Shown here piece by piece: positions 60,625 to 64,000 of a stretch of DNA of 64,000 nt (the stretch's first letter is position 1; every line of letters starts with the position of its first letter). The translations under genes were made by a program, and so were the position numbers. The stretch covers positions 31,255,360 to 31,319,359 of the forward strand of contig NC_069004.1 in the NCBI RefSeq assembly GCF_001194135.2, given 5' to 3'. The notes below the pieces were generated by a model that did not search any database, was not told where the DNA came from, and worked only from the letters and a program-made list of their open reading frames with translations. This DNA comes from Octopus bimaculoides (lineage: Eukaryota).

Positions 60625-60855
60625 CGAGCTGGCAGAACTGTTAGCACGCCGGGCAAAATGCTTAGCGGTATTTCGTCTGTCTTTACGTTCTGGGTTCAAA
60701 TTCCGCCGAGGTCGACTTTGCCTTTCATCATTTCGGGGTCAATAAATTAAGTACCAGTTGCGTACTGGGGTCGACGTAATCGACTTAATCCCTTTGTCTG
60801 TCCTTGTTTGTCCCCTCTATGTTTAGCCCCTTGTGGACAATAGAGAAATAAGAAG
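60625..60855 (+). mobile_element. tRNA-derived SINE family B, representative copy. Others: 960-1180(-), 4730-4860(-), 11398-11630, 14823-15210, 18270-18460, 24850-25070, 33050-33410(-), 35000-35210(-), 35770-35990(-), 38070-38290(-), 41150-41270, 41365-41785(-), 53835-54015, 54870-55050, 58320-58530
   Basis: Consensus GAGCTGGCAGAA..TTAGCACGCCGGGCAAAATGCTTAGCGGTATTTCG..GTTCAAATTCCGCCGAGGTCGACTTTGCCTTTCATCC seen in more than 15 places. Confidence 0.9.
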
Positions 60856-63041
60856 CAACTGAACCGCTGGTGGGATGTGTGCCACCAGNNNNNNNNNNNN
60901 NNNNNNNNNNNNNNNNNNNNNNNNNNNNNNNNNNNNNNNNNNNNNNNNNNNNNNNNNNNNNNNNNNNNNNNNNNNNNNNNNNNNNNNNNNNNNNNNNNNN
61001 NNNNNNNNNNNNNNNNNNNNNNNNNNNNNNNNNNNNNNNNNNNNNNNNNNNNNNNNNNNNNNNNNNNNNNNNNNNNNNNNNNNNNNNNNNNNNNNNNNNN
61101 NNNNNNNNNNNNNNNNNNNNNNNNNNNNNNNNNNNNNNNNNNNNNNNNNNNNNNNNNNNNNNNNNNNNNNNNNNNNNNNNNNNNNNNNNNNNNNNNNNNN
61201 NNNNNNNNNNNNNNNNNNNNNNNNNNNNNNNNNNNNNNNNNNNNNNNNNNNNNNNNNNNNNNNNNNNNNNNNNNNNNNNNNNNNNNNNNNNNNNNNNNNN
61301 NNNNNNNNNNNNNNNNNNNNNNNNNNNNNNNNNNNNNNNNNNNNNNNNNNNNNNNNNNNNNNNNNNNNNNNNNNNNNNNNNNNNNNNNNNNNNNNNNNNN
61401 NNNNNNNNNNNNNNNNNNNNNNNNNNNNNNNNNNNNNNNNNNNNNNNNNNNNNNNNNNNNNNNNNNNNNNNNNNNNNNNNNNNNNNNNNNNNNNNNNNNN
61501 NNNNNNNNNNNNNNNNNNNNNNNNNNNNNNNNNNNNNNNNNNNNNNNNAAATTAACGTGCAAGTGGCTGAGCATTCCATAGACACGTGTACTCTTAACGT
61601 AGTTCTCGGGGATATTCAGCGTGACACAGTGTGACAAGGCTGACCCTTTGAAATACAGGTACAACAGAAACAGGAAGTAAGAGTGAGAGAAAGTTGTGGT
61701 GAAAGTGTACAGCAGGGTTCGCCACCATCCCCTGCCGGAGCCTCGTGGAGCTTTAGGTGTTTTCGGTCAATAAACACTCACAACGCCCGGTCTGGGAATC
61801 GAAACCGCGATCCTATGACCGCGAGTCTGCTGCCCTAACCACTGGGCCATTGCGCCTCCACTTTCTTTGATACAGACCATACACAAATCACAATTTGTAT
61901 CAAGTATTTGTTTTATACTTTTATAAATTAGGTATCAGTTTAAGCAGAAGATCGACACAAATGGGTTAATGCTAGAGACAAAGGAAAGTGAATATTTTAC
62001 AGCATTTTATGAAAATGAAATTATAATTTTCCTGTTTTGCACTTATCTAAAATGAAAATAGGCCTAAAAATAATCCTAGAAAAAGAGATGTGTTTTCCCC
62101 CGCTGTTTATAGGCTGACAACATAATCATGTCATCATCTTGTGCCGATATCATGATTGCATAAACTAATAAACTTGATTTGATTTTCAGATAAATGAGTT
62201 TTAGAATTGAAATAATTTATATCTGCCTAGCAACATCACAATCAGAAATATCGGGAGGAGATGATTTGCTGATATTCTGTTACAAACATAGGATTTATTA
62301 AAGACAAGAAGCATCAAGGTAATTGAAAACTGACTGAAATAGAGAAGGGCTCCACCATCATGAACCCTGCGACACTATACCCAGAAAAATTTCTTAAAAA
62401 TGGTACCCAGAAATGGTAAAGATGACCTAAAACAAGATCAGTAATTGCTTATTGATCATAGTGTTTGATCTACTTTCCAGTATAGATAACACCTATACTT
62501 TGATTATTATATATACAAAATCTGAACTGGTGATAATTCCAAGCATTAATCATAAACTGCCAAGGACTAAAGATCAATATGATAATTTTAATAATGTACT
62601 TGTTCTATATATGTATACACAGAAATAATACAATATCTAGTTACATCGATAATAATGCTGCTAACACATCGATATCTATAAATGTAATCGAAGCCTTTCC
62701 CTCTATCACTGGGTTTGGTAACAAAGCTAAGTCAAAAACTCATACCATCTCTAAAGAGAACAACTGATGAACTAACTAGCCTGTTACTTCATCCACCTAC
62801 TCTGAAGATATAAAATGCAAGGTAAAGAATGATATAGGCACAGGCTTGGCTGTGTGTAATAAGTTTGCTTCTCAACCACATGGCTCTGGGTTCAGTCCCG
62901 CTGCATGGTATATGGCACCTTGGCTAAGTATCTTGTACTATAGCCTTGAACTGACCAAAGTTTTGTGAGTGGATTTGGTAGATAGAAACTAAAAGAAACC
63001 CATAATATAGACTCGTGAATATATATATATATACGTATATA

Positions 63042-63080
<39 letters not shown>

Positions 63081-63814
63081 TTGTGTATCCGCTACCACTG
63101 CTTGACAACTGGTGTTGGTGTGTTTATGTCCCATAACTTAGTGGTTCAGCAAAAGAGACTGATAGATTAAGTACCAGGCTTAAAAAAAAAGTACTGAGTC
63201 AATTTGTTCAACTAAAAACTCTTCAAGGCCGTGCTCCAGCAAGGCCACAGTCTAATACCCGAAACAAAAGATAATTCAATTTACCTTATTTTATCTATCA
63301 ATACATCTCTCTGTTTGCCTGTCATCTATCAATATATCTAACATTATGTATTGATATATCTACCTGGTATCTATGCACATCTCTTCCTGTCTACGTATTT
63401 GTATATATTTATCTACTTTAACAAACAGATACGTGTTTAAACTAATTACAGAATAAAAGAAATAAGACAACACACCCAGCAACAAGATCTGTCTAAATCT
63501 ACAAAGGAAACTTCAATTTCATCTATCTATCCATCCATCTATCAATCATAATCTTCATCATTTAGCGTCCATTTTCCATATTGGCTATCTCTCTATCCAT
63601 CTCTCTACCCAACTAGCCATCTATCCATCTACCCATCCATCCATTCATCCACTTGTCTATCCATCTATCATCATCATTATCTAGTGTCCATTTTCCATGC
63701 TGGCATGGGTTAGACCGTTTGACTGGAGCTAGTAACCAGGCTCCAGTCCAATTTTAGCTTGGTTTCTACGACTGGATGCTCTTCCTAACACCAACCATTC
63801 CAAGAATGTAGTTA

Positions 63815-63924
63815 GTGCCCTTTACGTGTCACCAGCACAGGTGCCCTTTACATGTCACCAGCACAGGTGCCCTTTACATGTCACCAGCACATGTGCCCTT
63901 TACGTGTCTCCAGCATGAGTGCCC
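63815..63924. repeat. 26-bp minisatellite (gtgccctttac[a/g]tgtcaccagcacag) x4
   Basis: Direct tandem units inside a family D element. Confidence 0.85.
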
Positions 63925-64000
63925 TCTACTCATCACCTATTCTGTAAATCTATCACTCAATCTATCAATTCTGTATATCTATCTCCACTCTATCTCTCTA

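Noticed and set aside
57960-62330. Acceptor-like sites at about 58038, 60052 and 62189 as exons of a third gene
   Set aside because: Frames close quickly or encode nothing recognisable, and no consistent exon chain could be built.

Overview
Eukaryotic, AT-rich, repeat-dense draft-assembly window with many N gaps (e.g. 2002-2944, 5479-6212, 47043-47921). The tRNA-derived SINE families and dense microsatellites point to an octopod cephalopod (inference). Two spliced protein-coding genes were reconstructed by hand from GT-AG junctions with consistent phases, arranged tail to tail. (1) A complete 11-exon C12orf56 (DUF4551) orthologue on + (CDS 3179-25821, 1905 nt, 634 aa). (2) A two-coding-exon SPATA2/Tamozhennic-family gene on - (CDS 46741-46463 plus 38044-36806, 505 aa), with an N-terminal PUB-like domain and two C-terminal RanBP2/NZF-type zinc fingers. 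The rest is dozens of SINE copies from four families, fossils of RTE and CR1 LINEs, mariner and piggyBac transposons, several MITEs, minisatellites and microsatellites. Most other ORF-track entries are artefacts of repeats or N runs. I found no clearly new multi-gene system. The best leads are the ubiquitin-signalling motif set of the SPATA2/Tamo protein, an inverted SINE pair bracketing a symmetric exon (circRNA/ADAR architecture), SINE-derived 3' splice sites, and a nested palindrome plus ETS-CRE motif upstream of the SPATA2/Tamo gene. All homology calls rest on recalled sequences, not database searches.
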